A DNA stretch of 64,000 nucleotides from contig JBITNC010000001.1 of assembly GCA_050084985.1 (NCBI GenBank), forward strand, positions 150,660,001 through 150,724,000, given 5' to 3'. The translations under genes were made by a program, and so were the position numbers. Position 1 is the stretch's first letter. Each line of letters begins with the position of its first letter. Below the pieces are notes generated by a model. The model had not been told where the DNA came from, searched no databases, and saw only the letters and a list, made by a program, of their open reading frames with translations. This DNA comes from Nageia nagi (taxonomy: Eukaryota; Plantae; Pinophyta). Below, in pieces: positions 46,707 through 60,640 of the stretch.

Positions 46707-47850
46707 TATATCTTCACATGTTGGCAAGAAATCGATTCTAATACCATTGAAATATCCCAAATTAGGAAAATATATGATTCATGTAAAATTCTTCCAATCC
46801 ACAAAATGGAAAATATAATAAATTGTAGATCTACCCAAAAAGGTTATTGCAATCTAGAATTACATATTTAATTAAAGAAATTATAAATCTATCCAAAAAT
46901 ATTATTGCATTATGAATTTATAGATTTAATTATTATAGGAATCTAGAAATATAACAAAATAATGTAACAACCAAAATATTATCCCTAAGAGCAAGATGTA
47001 TAGCTTAGAAGACAATATTTGAGTATAAAACTCACTATAAACACCCCAAAAGTTGACATCATACTACTAAAGCCTTAAACCCCTGAATTTGAACTATAAA
47101 TTATAGCATAACACTCCCACAAGTTGGAAAAATTGCTAAAGGACCTCCAATTATTGGATCTAAACCTCAAAATACCACCATAATAATAGAATCAAGGGTT
47201 TTCATTCTTAATCCCTAGATCTAAAAGGGTTTCCATCCACAAGAGTCTAAAAATTAACCTAGCCAAGTCTCAAAAGGGATAATTGATGATAGACAAAATA
47301 TTTCTTCCAAATGGTACACACCACTCATTTATAGTTGGGTGTCCCACTTTGGATCTCATAATGCATCCTTTAGATTATAGAAATCACTCCTTGAGATCCC
47401 AATTACAACATTACAATTGAGAGAATTAAATAATTCCTCATAAATATAAAAATAACCTATATGCAAGAAAATATTCCTAACTATCCCAACAAGGGAGACA
47501 TCCCATGTTGACCAAGTTATACATTAAAATATAACACATAAATGGGATGCACCAATTAGGAATATTACAATGCCCTCCCAAAGTCTCATAATACCTTACT
47601 AGGCTCATCACAACTAAAGAAGACTCAAATATATTTTAAAATACTCCTAAAATTACCAAAACACATCTAGAAATTCACAAGAGGAGGATGTCCCTCTCCT
47701 CCCTAACCAGATCCAAGGTTGTGATGTATTAAAAGAATAGTAACACAAAAAGGGACATTATAGCTTCTAAGTTAATGGGGGAGATGTTAAAAGTTTAATC
47801 TTGAGGTTGCAGGGGGTTATAAAGTGTGTGTGAGTAATAGATTCCCCCTC

Positions 47851-47853
<3 letters not shown>

Positions 47854-47885
<32 letters not shown>
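47854..47885. repeat. poly(A) tract
   Basis: ~32 consecutive A. Confidence 0.9.
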
Positions 47886-47888
<3 letters not shown>

Positions 47889-50800
47889 ATACAAAGGTAA
47901 CCTTTTAAACATAAGATTTTTTTTCTTTTTTCACATGACACATGTATCATAATTCATTTAGAGGATGGATCAATTTCATATTCATCATTATTATTTAGTA
48001 TTTCTTATGATAAATCATTATATTTGAGTGGACATGCATCAAGTCATTTATAAGTGAGACAACTTGTTCTTATTGGAGTATATATGAATGAATGATATCT
48101 TTTAACATCCTTTAAACCCAATGATTTGTAGGACCTATAAATTTTTTTTCAAATATAAATATATATAATTTATATATTTAAATGATTATTTCTAACAAAA
48201 TTAAGTTTAATAACAAAATCGCTAAGTTTACTTTGGTTATCTTGTTTTAACAATTCATAGATTAGGTTGTAATTATAAATATCATTATAGGATTGTCTAA
48301 TGTTCTTGTAAAATGGGTAGGTAAGGAGGAAATAAGTTTCATCTTCAATGGTATTTAGGTTAACAAACTTACAGATTCTTTTACCTCAAGGTGTTTTAAG
48401 TATCATCCATCTATATGTTTCACTATGTGGTTCATATGAATTAGTTCTTAATTTTTCTATCATAAATTTCTTTTTGAGATTGATTATATTATATGAGTTG
48501 ATGGACATTCAAGTTTTAGTTTATTGATGTTTTTATAATAGACTAGTTTTCTTTTAATTGTGTTATTATCATCGTTCCAAAAAAATTAATTAATTTAATT
48601 TCCAATTTTTTTTATTTGGTTAAGAAAGGGTGTTGAAAGGGTCCAATCTTTTTAAAATGTGGTTTGGAAATCAAGACATGTCACCATCATGTGACATTGA
48701 GACATATAAACATCATGCAAGGGGTGGGATTTAAACATGGGAGTCTTTTTTACATCATTTGAGAATTTTCACATTCATTGTTCTCCCAAGTCACTTAACA
48801 TTTCGTGATTTACAATTTCAATTTGCTATTATCTAATGGAATTATATTATTATGAATACCTCAAATTATCAATCCATTCACCAATATTTTAGCTACCCTC
48901 TTTCTAAATGCTAATGGGAAAGGCAATTTTGTTGGGCAATTAGAGAGAGTCTATGATGATCTAATTTTATTAGTTTATAATTGTATAATATGTATCATCT
49001 TAGATTTTCACTTTCAATAAGGAGTACATTAACTTCCATGAGTAGGTTGGGATATGATGTGATTTTCAATTTTGAATTTATAAACAAAAAGTTATTTTTG
49101 GATATGTTTATTTTTATTCCATATTTCTCAAAAAATTCTTCCATCCCAAACTTCATAGCCATAGAGGATTACTAAATTTATAATGTAGGAGAAAATAGTT
49201 TTATTTTTTCTCTAATTTCAAAGTTACACATTTTTATAATGTCATTATGTTTAAGAATAATCTTTGTAGTTTTTATTTTATTAGTGATAGTGTTATCTTT
49301 ATGTGCTAAGCTTATTTTAAGAGTAAAAAAGATAGGCTAGTGATCAAAATCATGTTCATGATATGTACAAATCTCAAAGTCCAATATTTGCTTTGTAAGA
49401 TGACATTGAAAAAATAATATACTCTTTGGTACTATTACCATTTTTATGAATATAAGTGAATTTATTACATTTTGGTTAGAACTATAGACTATTGCTAATA
49501 ACAAGTTCATGATAACTAATGAGCTTGATTAATTTTTATCTAAAGTTGTTCTCAATTTGATCCTTAGAGGTTCAAGAAAACTCATGGATGAGGAATGGTT
49601 CTTCATCAAACCAAAAGAATCAATATTTCTATCATAATTGGTAATAATACTTTTCTTACAACTTGTTTGAAAATTAAAATCCCTAACTATAATTAATTAA
49701 TATTTTATATTAACGTGAATTATTTTAACATATAAAACTCTTACAAAGTTGGGATAAAATTATAATTATTGATATTTTAATTCTAAGTAGTTTTATAAAA
49801 AAAAAATCTCATTATATAATTAAACAAAAGTTATTAACGAAATCAATCACTTTTACAAATTTTCAAGTGCAAATAAAAATTAAAAAATATTAAAAGTTAA
49901 CTTGCACTTTTGGTTATTTAATATATAATACATTGGGCATGTGAGAAGAGATATTTATTTTTATTTTTGTAGGTTTGTATTTATCATTTGTTAAACTGTT
50001 CACATTTTCATTGTCAACTATTATTTTTATGCATATATAAAGGCTTTCATGGATCTCATTAGCTATAAATGTCTTGCCATAGAAATATTTTAATTTTCAA
50101 ATACTACCTGATTGTATTTAAAAGTTTATAGAGTTGATTGGTCATATGTAATCAAAGAAATATTTGAAAAAGGTAAAAGGTAAATTATATTAATATCCAC
50201 TAGAGACCAACTGATCTATGGGACGAACAGTTGTAGTAGGCCATTACATAGCATGTATGTCTCATACTAGGAATGTGATCCATTGATAATTTATCATTAT
50301 ACATAAGATAAAGTTTAATAAAAAAAAAATTAATCATTTAAAAGGATGACAATAATTAAAATATTAAATATAATATTCTTATTAATTAAATTAAATGATA
50401 ATAAAAAATAACATCATTCATTAAAACTAACTTACATGGTCTCTTGTGATGCTCTCAAAAAAATCTTCATCAAATATTGTGTTAACAACATAAGGAACAT
50501 AATCTTTGATTGAATGTGGAGGAATTGTCCTTTTTGAGTTAATAAACATTAGTATGAGATTCACTTCTTTTATAAAGGCTTCACAACATGAGAAGGTTTT
50601 TGGTGAAGCCAATAATGACATGTCAAACCATCTATTTCCTATTTATAAGCACTCTTATCAAGCTAAGGGACCATGTGCAATAATGCATATACATTTTATG
50701 ATATTTTTTTAATCTTACTCATATATTTAACTTATTAAATTTTCATAATATCCTTGATAATATTTTTTGGGAAACTTGGTTTTATAAAAAACTAAAAAAT

Positions 50801-51252
50801 TGCTAGGAAACCTCTTTTTGAGAAGTTTCTACATGTATATTGTATTGTTGATGATAATTTGGATAACATTTTACATCCTCACCTGTACTAATTCATGCTA
50901 AATAATTTTTTATGGAATTTTTATCTCTTGTAAGGAATTTATGATTTTTTCAAGAATATAAAGAGTTTTTTTAATTATCAATAAAAAATATAAGTAGCTA
51001 GGATAGAGTTTAAGTACCCTTATTTGGAAAAAAAAAAAAGTTTAACCATTAAAAAATCAATTAAAGTTTGAAGTCTTCTATCAAGAAATGAAGAATCAAT
51101 TAAAAAATGACTAAACCTCGTATTATCGAGGAAGACAATATCTATTATAGTACTACAATGTCATAAAATAATGATGATTATCAATCTCATTTATGAGGTT
51201 CCCTTATTTTATTGAGCAATTGAATAAAATTTTCTCATATTAGAATTACAAT

Positions 51253-54200
51253 TATATAATCTAGCAAACTTACTACATAAACACTTTGATATTGTTCAAC
51301 TTAAGGCAATAATAACCCTGATAAGATTCAAGCTCACTCTCAATGCACAATAGAAACATTAACACATTCTCAAATTCATTACATGAGCTGAACAATAATA
51401 CACCTAGGATCAATCTTGTCATTAGCTAAGTACGTAAAAGAACCAATCATTAAATTTGAATCAAATATAAATATAACATAATATAATGGAATACAACTGA
51501 TAGAATACAATATTTCCCATTTGTGCTCTCAAAGAGCTCTCAACAATGAGATCTACTTTGTTCTATAGTGCTACATACACATTCTATTGCACTAATTTGG
51601 AATACAATTACAAAGCTTTATATATAATTTAGAAAGTGGTCACTAAGAAATAATAAAATAATATTCTTATGGTCAAACCTAACAGTAACGAGATTAACAA
51701 CCCATAACAAATCACTTGTGCCTCATACACAAGCTTTATTGATATACACATGCTTTAATCATATAAACACAAAATATAAATATATATACACATAGGTTAT
51801 TATGGGCAATTGATATATGCATGAGCTTATATGTTGGGTGATATACACAAAGGTTATAATACCTTATTTATGCACATAATATATTGAATTATATATGAAC
51901 AAGGTTTAGCATATGATTTATGCATATAATATATTAAGTTTTATATGAATAGGGAATATACCTGCATGATCAAAACATGAATTATGCAAGTTCTTCAAGG
52001 GAATGTACAATAGGTTTAGGAGAGATTCAATTCCAACATTCTACCCTTTTATATTGAAAGGACCCACAAGAGTTCTGAAGCATCACTAACTAGACAACTG
52101 ATCTTCTTCTTTTTCTCTTCCTTTAATTTTGTAACAAAAAAATCAAGAAATACAAAAAACTACTTTATTTTTGGTACTCCTTATACTCTTCATCTTTAGG
52201 AAGGCTATCCTCCATCTTTGGTGCTTTCTCCAATAAATAATTGAGTGCCTTTTGATGACCAACTCTCTTTTCATCAAAAATTTCCTTTTATTGACATTCC
52301 AACAATTTCAATAGTAATGGTTCTCAATAACCATTTTTTTACATAATCATCATTCACATAAAAAAAATACTCCTATTAAGTATTTACTAAAACTAACCAT
52401 ATCTGATAGATGATTATACCACACAACTATCTCAAAAATCTCCACACAAATTATCAAACAAAACATAGCCATGAAATGACTCATTACAAATATAAACAGA
52501 GAATAAACTTCCTCTAATAAATCATCACTCTTCACGAAAGTTGTACATTCCTCCTTACAAGGAATTTCATCACATAACTGATCCAATTGTTGATCCAACA
52601 TTATATTCACCATAAGAATACTTTTCTTCAATGTTTTCTTCATAATACAATCTTCAAAACTTGGTAGATTTGCTCCCAATGATAACAGATGTTCTTACTA
52701 AAACTAAAGCAAGTTTTCAAATGATTCCTTTATAAGATATTATCCATTATTCTCACACATAACAACAACCTCAAAAATTCTACTAAATAAAAAACCATTA
52801 CTTTTGATGTGATTAGATTTACATATGTCTTCCTTTGCTTCTTTTATGCTTCTCATGAATCCATATTGCTACAAATGTGATGTTGTTATAGAAGATACCA
52901 TTAGCTCTTCAACAAGAGTTCTCCTTCTTGATGTTTCTTCATACAATGTTGCCTCTACAAGGCAACCCACATTATTCTTTATTTTCAATCCAAGAGAATG
53001 ATCTCCATCATTCTTCACAATTGATATCTCCATTGTCATTACAACATGAAGATCATCAATCTATTTTTTTCTTGGACTAATATCCCACAAAGTTTTATGT
53101 ATTAGCTTCTCAATACAATTTTCATTCACTCCAGATGAGTGATTTTCACAATATCCATCCACTCCATGTGAGTGATATTCAAATAACCAACACTTCATTA
53201 TGAGTGTTTCTTCTTCAATATTTAAATTTACCTTCCCAAAATATCCATCTTCCATTCTTGATGAATGGTCTTTAACATAAGAAATCCAACACTCCTCCAT
53301 ATGTGTTTCTTCAACATTCTCCTCCACGAGAATAAATTCAATGTAATCCACCTCATCTTGATGCTATTCAAATAAATATGCATGCACTTTGAAGTCCAAT
53401 CTTCAACACAAGAACATCTATCTCTCTCATAGAATGATTATTCAACAATGCTTGAGGATTGTATCTCCTCTTCAATAATTTCTTGAACTTGTTCCTTCTC
53501 CAAGGGGCATACTTCATTAACAAAATTTTGATATTGTGCCTTCTCCATAAGATACTCTTCAACATATTTGTTTTCTATGAGATATTTTTCATGTGCTTTA
53601 TCAATAAGAAAATTAGAAATAAATTTCATTCATCTTAAATATGACACATCATTCTCTTTTACATATTATTCCTCTACAAGAAAGAATTCACTATCATAAT
53701 TTTTTATAATCCTCTACAAGAAAGAATTCATTATCATAATTTTTTATAACTTTCACACAAGAAATGTTTCCCATATTAAGAACCTCACAAGTCTCTTTCC
53801 ATGATTATTCAACACAACTCTCTTCCATGAAAAGAGTTTTGAAATGCTCCATACAAGCCTCATTACAAGACTCTTCAAAAAACACAAGGTTTTCCCTTGC
53901 TCATACAATTTTGACAAGACTACTTCAATATTTTCCACACTTTTGTAGTTTTTCTACAACTAGCAATAAGTGGGAAAATATATTTCTTCATGCCTTTTTT
54001 ATATCAAGGAGATGTAGAAAATTCTAATGCTGCTCTTCCTTTTTCAATCTTCTTGCATTTTCTACAAATTTGCTCCAATCTATTGGTTCTTCAAACCCAT
54101 CAATAATGATGTCCCAAAGTCCTTTTTTTATCAACAAAGGCTTAATTTTGATAATCCATAATTCATAATATTCACCATGAAATTCAAGAATAATTAATAT

Positions 54201-56410
54201 TTCACATATATTTTTGGCCATCATACCAACAACAATAAATAATCTCTTTTTGTAAAGACTTGATAAATCTTTGTAAGAAGTCTACAATCAGCTTTGGAAC
54301 AACTGAGCTCTAATATCACATGTAGAATCTATACATGTTTTCTACATAAACACTTTGATATTGTTCAACTCAATACGGTAGCAATAACCTTGATAAGATT
54401 AAAGCTCACTTTCAATGCACAATGGAAACATTAACACATTTTCATATTCATTGCATGAGTTGAACAATAATACACCTAGGATCAAACTTGGCGTTACCCA
54501 AGTACATGAAAGAATTATCATCATTAAATTTTTCCAATAAATATATAGTATATCTATGTAATTGGTATGTATCATAATCAGTAATAGTCCCTAATTGCCA
54601 TCTTGTTGTGCAAGATAATGATGCCCAATAATACACTACAGTGATAGTTGCAATGGAATAACAATGCAATCATAATAAAGAGATAGTGATATGACAATGA
54701 TTATTAGTACAAGTGTACTATAGAGCTTTCAATTGGTGAAATCCAATAAAAATTAAAATATTAAATAGTAAATGGTAAATGATAAATGGAAAATGGTAAG
54801 TAATTGTAGAAGATATATATTCTAGAATTATCCATAGGATTATTTGGCGTAAGGACATGTGATGACATGGAAGTAGTTGTTGATATTTAAAAGGGGTTTC
54901 TAGAAAATAGTTATATAATAAAAGATCCATATGACATATCATAGATATTTCTAGAGATACAGATATAATATATTTTAAAATTCAAGTTGTAGAAAGGCCT
55001 AGATACCTTCTCTATTCTATAAATAGAGAAGTGTTATAGACATGTAAAGTAAGTCTAGAGCATATCTAGTGGAAGTTAGGTAGAAGCCAAGAGAAGGAAA
55101 GTCAAGTGAAATCTAAGAGAAGGAACTTCTAGTGCAAGTCAAGAGAAAGTAACTTTAGTGAAATTCTAACGGAAGTCTAGAGCAAGTCTAGTGGAATCCA
55201 AGGCAAGTCTAGTAGAATTCAAGTATAAGAAAAGTGCAAGCAAAATGAAGGTAAGTCAAGGGAAGCCAGGTCAAGTTAATTTGAATTTGTAAGTGAGTTG
55301 TGAAGAAGTTTATATGTGTGTGATGAGTCTTGATTCTTAGTATCATAAGTGTTGCATTGTGATCATGATTATCCAAGTGAATATAAAGTTAGAGTTTTGT
55401 TGTAAGAAGGATCTCTTTATGAAGTTATGATAGTTGTTGTGTTGGATTAGTTGTTGAAAAGAGAAAGTGGTGGTGCTCCTCATAGGATAGCTAAGTCCAT
55501 GTCTATCATCATGATGAAAGTTTCTTACCATTGCATCATAACTCTTGTTGTATTTGTATCTTCACTTTCATCAATAATATTGTATCATTGTTCTATTGTA
55601 CAATTATTATGTTGCTCATAGTATCTAAACTACATAACCACTAAGTAAAGTAGTGCATCAAGGTGAAATATCATTGAAAGAGAAAGCCCCAATATTATAA
55701 TTTCTTGTGTGTTAAAATAATCGGTAAAAACAATCATTAACTTTGGAGAAAATATAAATATAACATTCTATAATGCATTACAACTAATCAAATGTTAAAC
55801 AATACAACTTATAATATGTATACATTTTGATAAAATACAATGCCATCCATTTGTGCTCTCATAGAGCTCTCAACAATGAGATCTACTTTGTTCTACTATG
55901 TTATGGAGTGTTACATGCACATTTTATTGCACTACATTAGAATACAATTATAAATCTTTATATAGAGTTTATAAAGTCACTAAGAAATAACAAAATAACA
56001 TCCCCATGCTCAAACCTAATAGTCACAAGATTAACAAATCACACCAGATTTGGAAATTGCTAAAAAATAACTTAAAATGGACACAAAAGTAGTCTTTATA
56101 TACATAAGCTTTATTGATATATGCATAGTATTTAATCATATATGCATATGATATAAATATATAGACATATATATTATTATGGGTTAATGATATACACATA
56201 AGCTATGTTAATCGATATACATGTATGTTATAATACTTGATATACACACATAATATATTGACTTATATACACATGGTATTTAAGATATGATATGTGCATA
56301 TGGTATATTAGGTATTATACACACATGTAATATACCTACATTACCAGAACATGAATTTAATAGGTTCTTCAAGGGAATGTAAGATAGGTTTAGGAGAGAT
56401 GATTCCCACA
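51253..56410 (-). mobile_element. Non-autonomous Copia-type element (LTRs ~51253-52038 and 54321-56410; the latter is interrupted by a ~1.2-kb LTR-like insert at ~54520-55731)
   Basis: Direct-repeat LTRs (ctacataaacactttgatattgttcaac...ggtttaggagagat); degenerate PBS next to 54321; gag N-terminus EFHGEYYELWIIKIKPLLIKKGLWDII at 54024-54224. Confidence 0.8.
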
Positions 56411-59400
56411 ATAACTTGGAGTTATTACTTTTTAATGAGAGGTTTTATGCTCCTATATTGAGATATTCTTTTTATTTTGTACATTTTTTGTACTCTTTTT
56501 AGGTCTACTTGATTCATTTAGATAACCAAATGTTTTCTTTTTTAAATTAAGTATCTACAAATCTATTATTTCTTTCTTTTAGTTTATTTATGATTTTATT
56601 CAACCATTTGGTTAAATGTTTTCCACATGATTTTTATAAGGAGGATTTGGAAGAAGTTAATAATTTTTAAATTATTTTTCATTCCATCAAATAATCACTT
56701 AAGAAAACTATGCAATGAAAGTTTTCTAAAATGGATGAGAAATTGACTCTGCTAGGGTTTGGGAGAATGAGTTCCAAAAGGATATTCTTTCATCATACTG
56801 CTACAAGGTTTGGTTTTGATTTTGGTAATAAGGAAAGCTCAAGCAAGGGTGGGAGACCAAGCTTGGTGGTAGATTGCTCCAATGAGGGGGGGGGGGGTCT
56901 ATTGAGAGCTAAAGATGCTCTTTTGGAGAGGAGATTTGTAGTGTGACTAATCCTTTAAGGAGAACTCTCATGATGGATCTTTCTATTTTTCCTTTATTCT
57001 AGTGTTCAATAGTAAGTATTCTGATTCAAAGGATGGTGTTCCTACCTCTCTTTATGGTACCTTCTATTAGAAGGATATGGATTTTTGGTGCATGATTTAT
57101 TAATTCTTATGGTATTGCTAATCCTATCATGGGTGGTTATGATTACAACTTAGCTTCCCTTGATCCATTTGTATACGATGGAGGGAGGATGTTATCAGAT
57201 ATTTCAAGGTCAAAGGAAAGGAATCTTGCAGCTAAAGAGGTGGAATTTGTGGGTGAGCCTAAAGGGATAAAAAAGGATGCTTGGTTGGTTACATGATATA
57301 TCTCAATGCTAGTTCCCTGCAACTTGGTTGCATGTTTTCCTATAGTGTTGGGAATCATTAAGTAGGTGGGTGATGTCTTGGATGAAAATGATATTATTGA
57401 GGTCATCATGGATCTTCTATGTTACCGATCTAGCTATGTAGGGATGGTTTGAATATTGATTTTTGTAGGCCTATTATGCCTCTTTCATAGGTTGATATCA
57501 TTACTACTTTGGGTGTAGATGCTAGCCTTCAAGGTTGGTTCTCTAGCACAGGGTAGGCTTTGAATTTGGTAAGGCATGTATCACTAACCTTGACCCATTA
57601 AGATTTGGTTAGTGTTCTAATGCTTCTTCCTACAAGGGATATGGTCTATTTTGAGGATTTTATGGGGATTTTTTTAAATATGTTTTTTTATGATAATTAT
57701 TCCATGCTTCAAACTTTTTTTGTGCATAAATTATAGGTTGAGGGACTCTATCTATTAGGATTTTTCATGCCCTAGTCAAGTTGAGGGATAGTTTCAAGCT
57801 TCTTTTTGAATCAAATATGAATATGGGATTTTATATTTGGCCACCTATTAGTCTAAGGCTCATATATGAACTAAATTATAATATTTTCTTAGGAAAAGGC
57901 CATGTAAAAGGTTAGTATTCCTTTCAAAAATTCATCCTCCAACATAATAAAAAAAGAAATCAGTTAGTTTCCTAAATATGATTATATTTACAAATTTTCA
58001 AGAATTATCAAAAAGAGTACTTTTCTAGACATCTAATGTATTTGTTGGGAAGATTCAAGCTCTTGTCATCAAGGTTAATGGTGGACAATATAGAAATAAA
58101 GAAAATGGTAAAGATAAAGAAGAAGACTAAGGTAAAGGTAAATAAAAAATAAATGAAGAACGATAATAGTGAAAGGACAAGAAGGGCTATTAGTATTAAT
58201 AAAAAATAGGTGATTTTTGAGAAAGTTTACTTTAAGAGGTTGAGAGACCTAGAAATTTAAAATTTGATATTAATATGTGTGTGTGATAAAAAATGATAAA
58301 TAGGATTGCAAAAAATTACATATAATAAGAGAAAGGGAGTTCCTAGTGTAACTTTGATGTGTGAGAGTGAAGTTAACAAAAAAAAGTGTCAAATTACAAT
58401 ATATCTGAGTGAGGTAGGAAGCTTATATATGGAGAGTCAACAAGCTCCAATCAACATTCAAGGTCATAAAGAATCTCTTGATGTTACAACTAAAGGGATT
58501 AATTATATTGATTTTAACAATAATGCGCTAACATGTGATCATTCTCTTTAGGGTCCATTTGATGCATCTAAATTATGATTTTCTATGGTTGGAAATAAGA
58601 TGTGATAAGACTTGGCTCGATGTGCTATGAGGTTTGTTGGAGATCACTTTATATTTGAGATGGGTGGTTTCTCTAACATAAAGTATAATGCACTTTTTAT
58701 TTTTATAATCCATTCATATTTTAGAGTGCAAGCACCTTTGAATAAATAATGGAATCAAACTTGAATTTCATAGTGGATAGGATAAATGAATATGATATGC
58801 TCTTCAGTTTCTAGTTCAAAGTTGCATAGTTTGTATATGCATTTGTCTCTAGGGATATGGTGATTTATCTCGATGTGGAGTTGATGTGAGAAAACCCTTA
58901 TCTAGATGAGGGGAAAGTGGAACCCATGATATATGTGTATCCTTTTCTAATCAATAATGATAATACCACCATCTCTAGTTTCATGTAAACCAAAGGATAA
59001 TACAAGAGCTTTGGTGAAAGTGGTTTTTTCTAATTCAATCCATATCATCTTCAAGTAAGTTTATTAAATGTCCTTCCTTATCCTTTTATTGATATCTTTA
59101 TTAGAGGGATTAGATGTCCTATCTAGGAGATAAGGAGGTAGTTGCTCAATATATAGGCCTATGGATCATAAGAGAGAGATGGATTTTGAGTACCAATACC
59201 AAAAACTTCCTTTTTCTTGAAAGTTGCATTAAGGATTTGAGTACTAAGAGAGAGTATCTATTTGAGTCAAGATCTATGGAAATCATGTGATGGATCTCAT
59301 TCAAAATCCTAATAACATGAAATATTGCAAGGGCCAAAATAACAATTTATTTTTCTCTACTAGTTCTCTTTATGCAAATATTTCTCATTCCTATAAAACA

Positions 59401-59836
59401 AGTGGTTCTTCCACAAATAATTAGTGCATTGATCATTTTCTTATTAACATGTTTATAAAAAGGAGTATTTTAGGATATGTGAGCATGGTAGGAATGGTTG
59501 TGTCATCATCCATATTATGAACTATTAGCAGTTATATTTAATGGGGTTCATTATTTGAGATATAAATATGGATTTATTCTTAATGTCTATGATTCTCCAT
59601 ATATCAATCTCAATTTAATATTATTTGCATAATCTATTGATGGAGAGTAGGGATAAGATTGAGTTTTATAATAAAATATCTACATAAAATAAAGGAATTT
59701 AAGGGTATTTTTAAACTTGGTGCTTTCTTAGTTATGGATAAAACATTATAATTTCTAAAGTTTTCAAAATAATGAGTTATAATCCAAAGACAAAGAGTTT
59801 CACTAGCTATTAAACGAGTAAAGCAAGTTATGGTAT

Positions 59837-59838
<2 letters not shown>

Positions 59839-59867
<29 letters not shown>
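59839..59867. repeat. (TA)n microsatellite
   Basis: TA run of ~29 bp. Confidence 0.9.
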
Positions 59868-59873
<6 letters not shown>

Positions 59874-59959
59874 CTTATTTATGGTTTGCTTCAAGTAAAA
59901 ATAATTTATCAAATATATATTATTATCTCTTTATCCTCCTAGTGGTGTTTGTGATGGTT

Positions 59960-60640
59960 TTTTATTTGCTAAATGCCATTGATTTTTTAAGAAAGGGATA
60001 TCACATAGGTATTTTTTCACTTTTGAAGTTGGTGCATTCCAATTTATAAAGGTATATACCTATGATGGATCAAGGTGTATTTCATTTTTTAGTAATGATT
60101 ATTCTAAGAAAGTTTAGATTTATTTTATCAAGTATAAGAATGATGATCTAAATCATTTTGTGAAAATTAAAGAAATTCAAAGAAGAAAATATCAAAACAT
60201 ATATTTTTACATCATAATGATGATAACCAAGTATTTACACTAGATTAATAAATTTAGTAGTGATATTTATTAGATAATGAAAATCGTATACATTAGGTTT
60301 ATTACATTGGATTAATGGAGTTAATAATGATTTAGCACATCTCAAAATACCATATGAATTATCTTTATAGATATATTATTATGTTAATGATAGAATTTCT
60401 CTAGTGGAGCTACCATTTTTTTGAAATGATGTTAGAGTTTTTTTAGAGTTACATGTGATGCATAATCATAATAGTACTACCTTTATCTTATACACTTCAG
60501 CCAAAAATAGGGGAAGAAAATACAAAACATGAGATACAAAAAGTGAAAATGATGTAGTCCATAAAAAAATACATATATTTTGAGTAATGCAATTACATTA
60601 TAAGATTTTTTCATGAAGTTTCATTATGAAAGAGCTTGAG
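59960..60640 (+). pseudogene. Heavily decayed Copia integrase fragment
   Basis: VHSNL...GSRCISFFSNDYSKKV*IYFIKYK resembles VHSDL...FIDDYSRKxWIYFLK; a PQQNG-like remnant lies near 60495. Confidence 0.6.

Larger units (their letters stand above)
34408..47762 (-). mobile_element. Non-autonomous Gypsy LTR retrotransposon (LTRs 34408-35503 and 46748-47762) with nested insertions
   Basis: ~1-kb direct-repeat LTRs; TSD gcttt/gcttc; degenerate tRNA-Met PBS tggtattagaatc next to 46748; PPT/LEDKQ end at 35504-35540; gag remnants at ~45420-45860 and ~36250-36545. Confidence 0.88.

Noticed and set aside
56730-59560. Possible LINE ORF1/ORF2 remnants
   Set aside because: Only faint resemblance; too decayed to support by eye.
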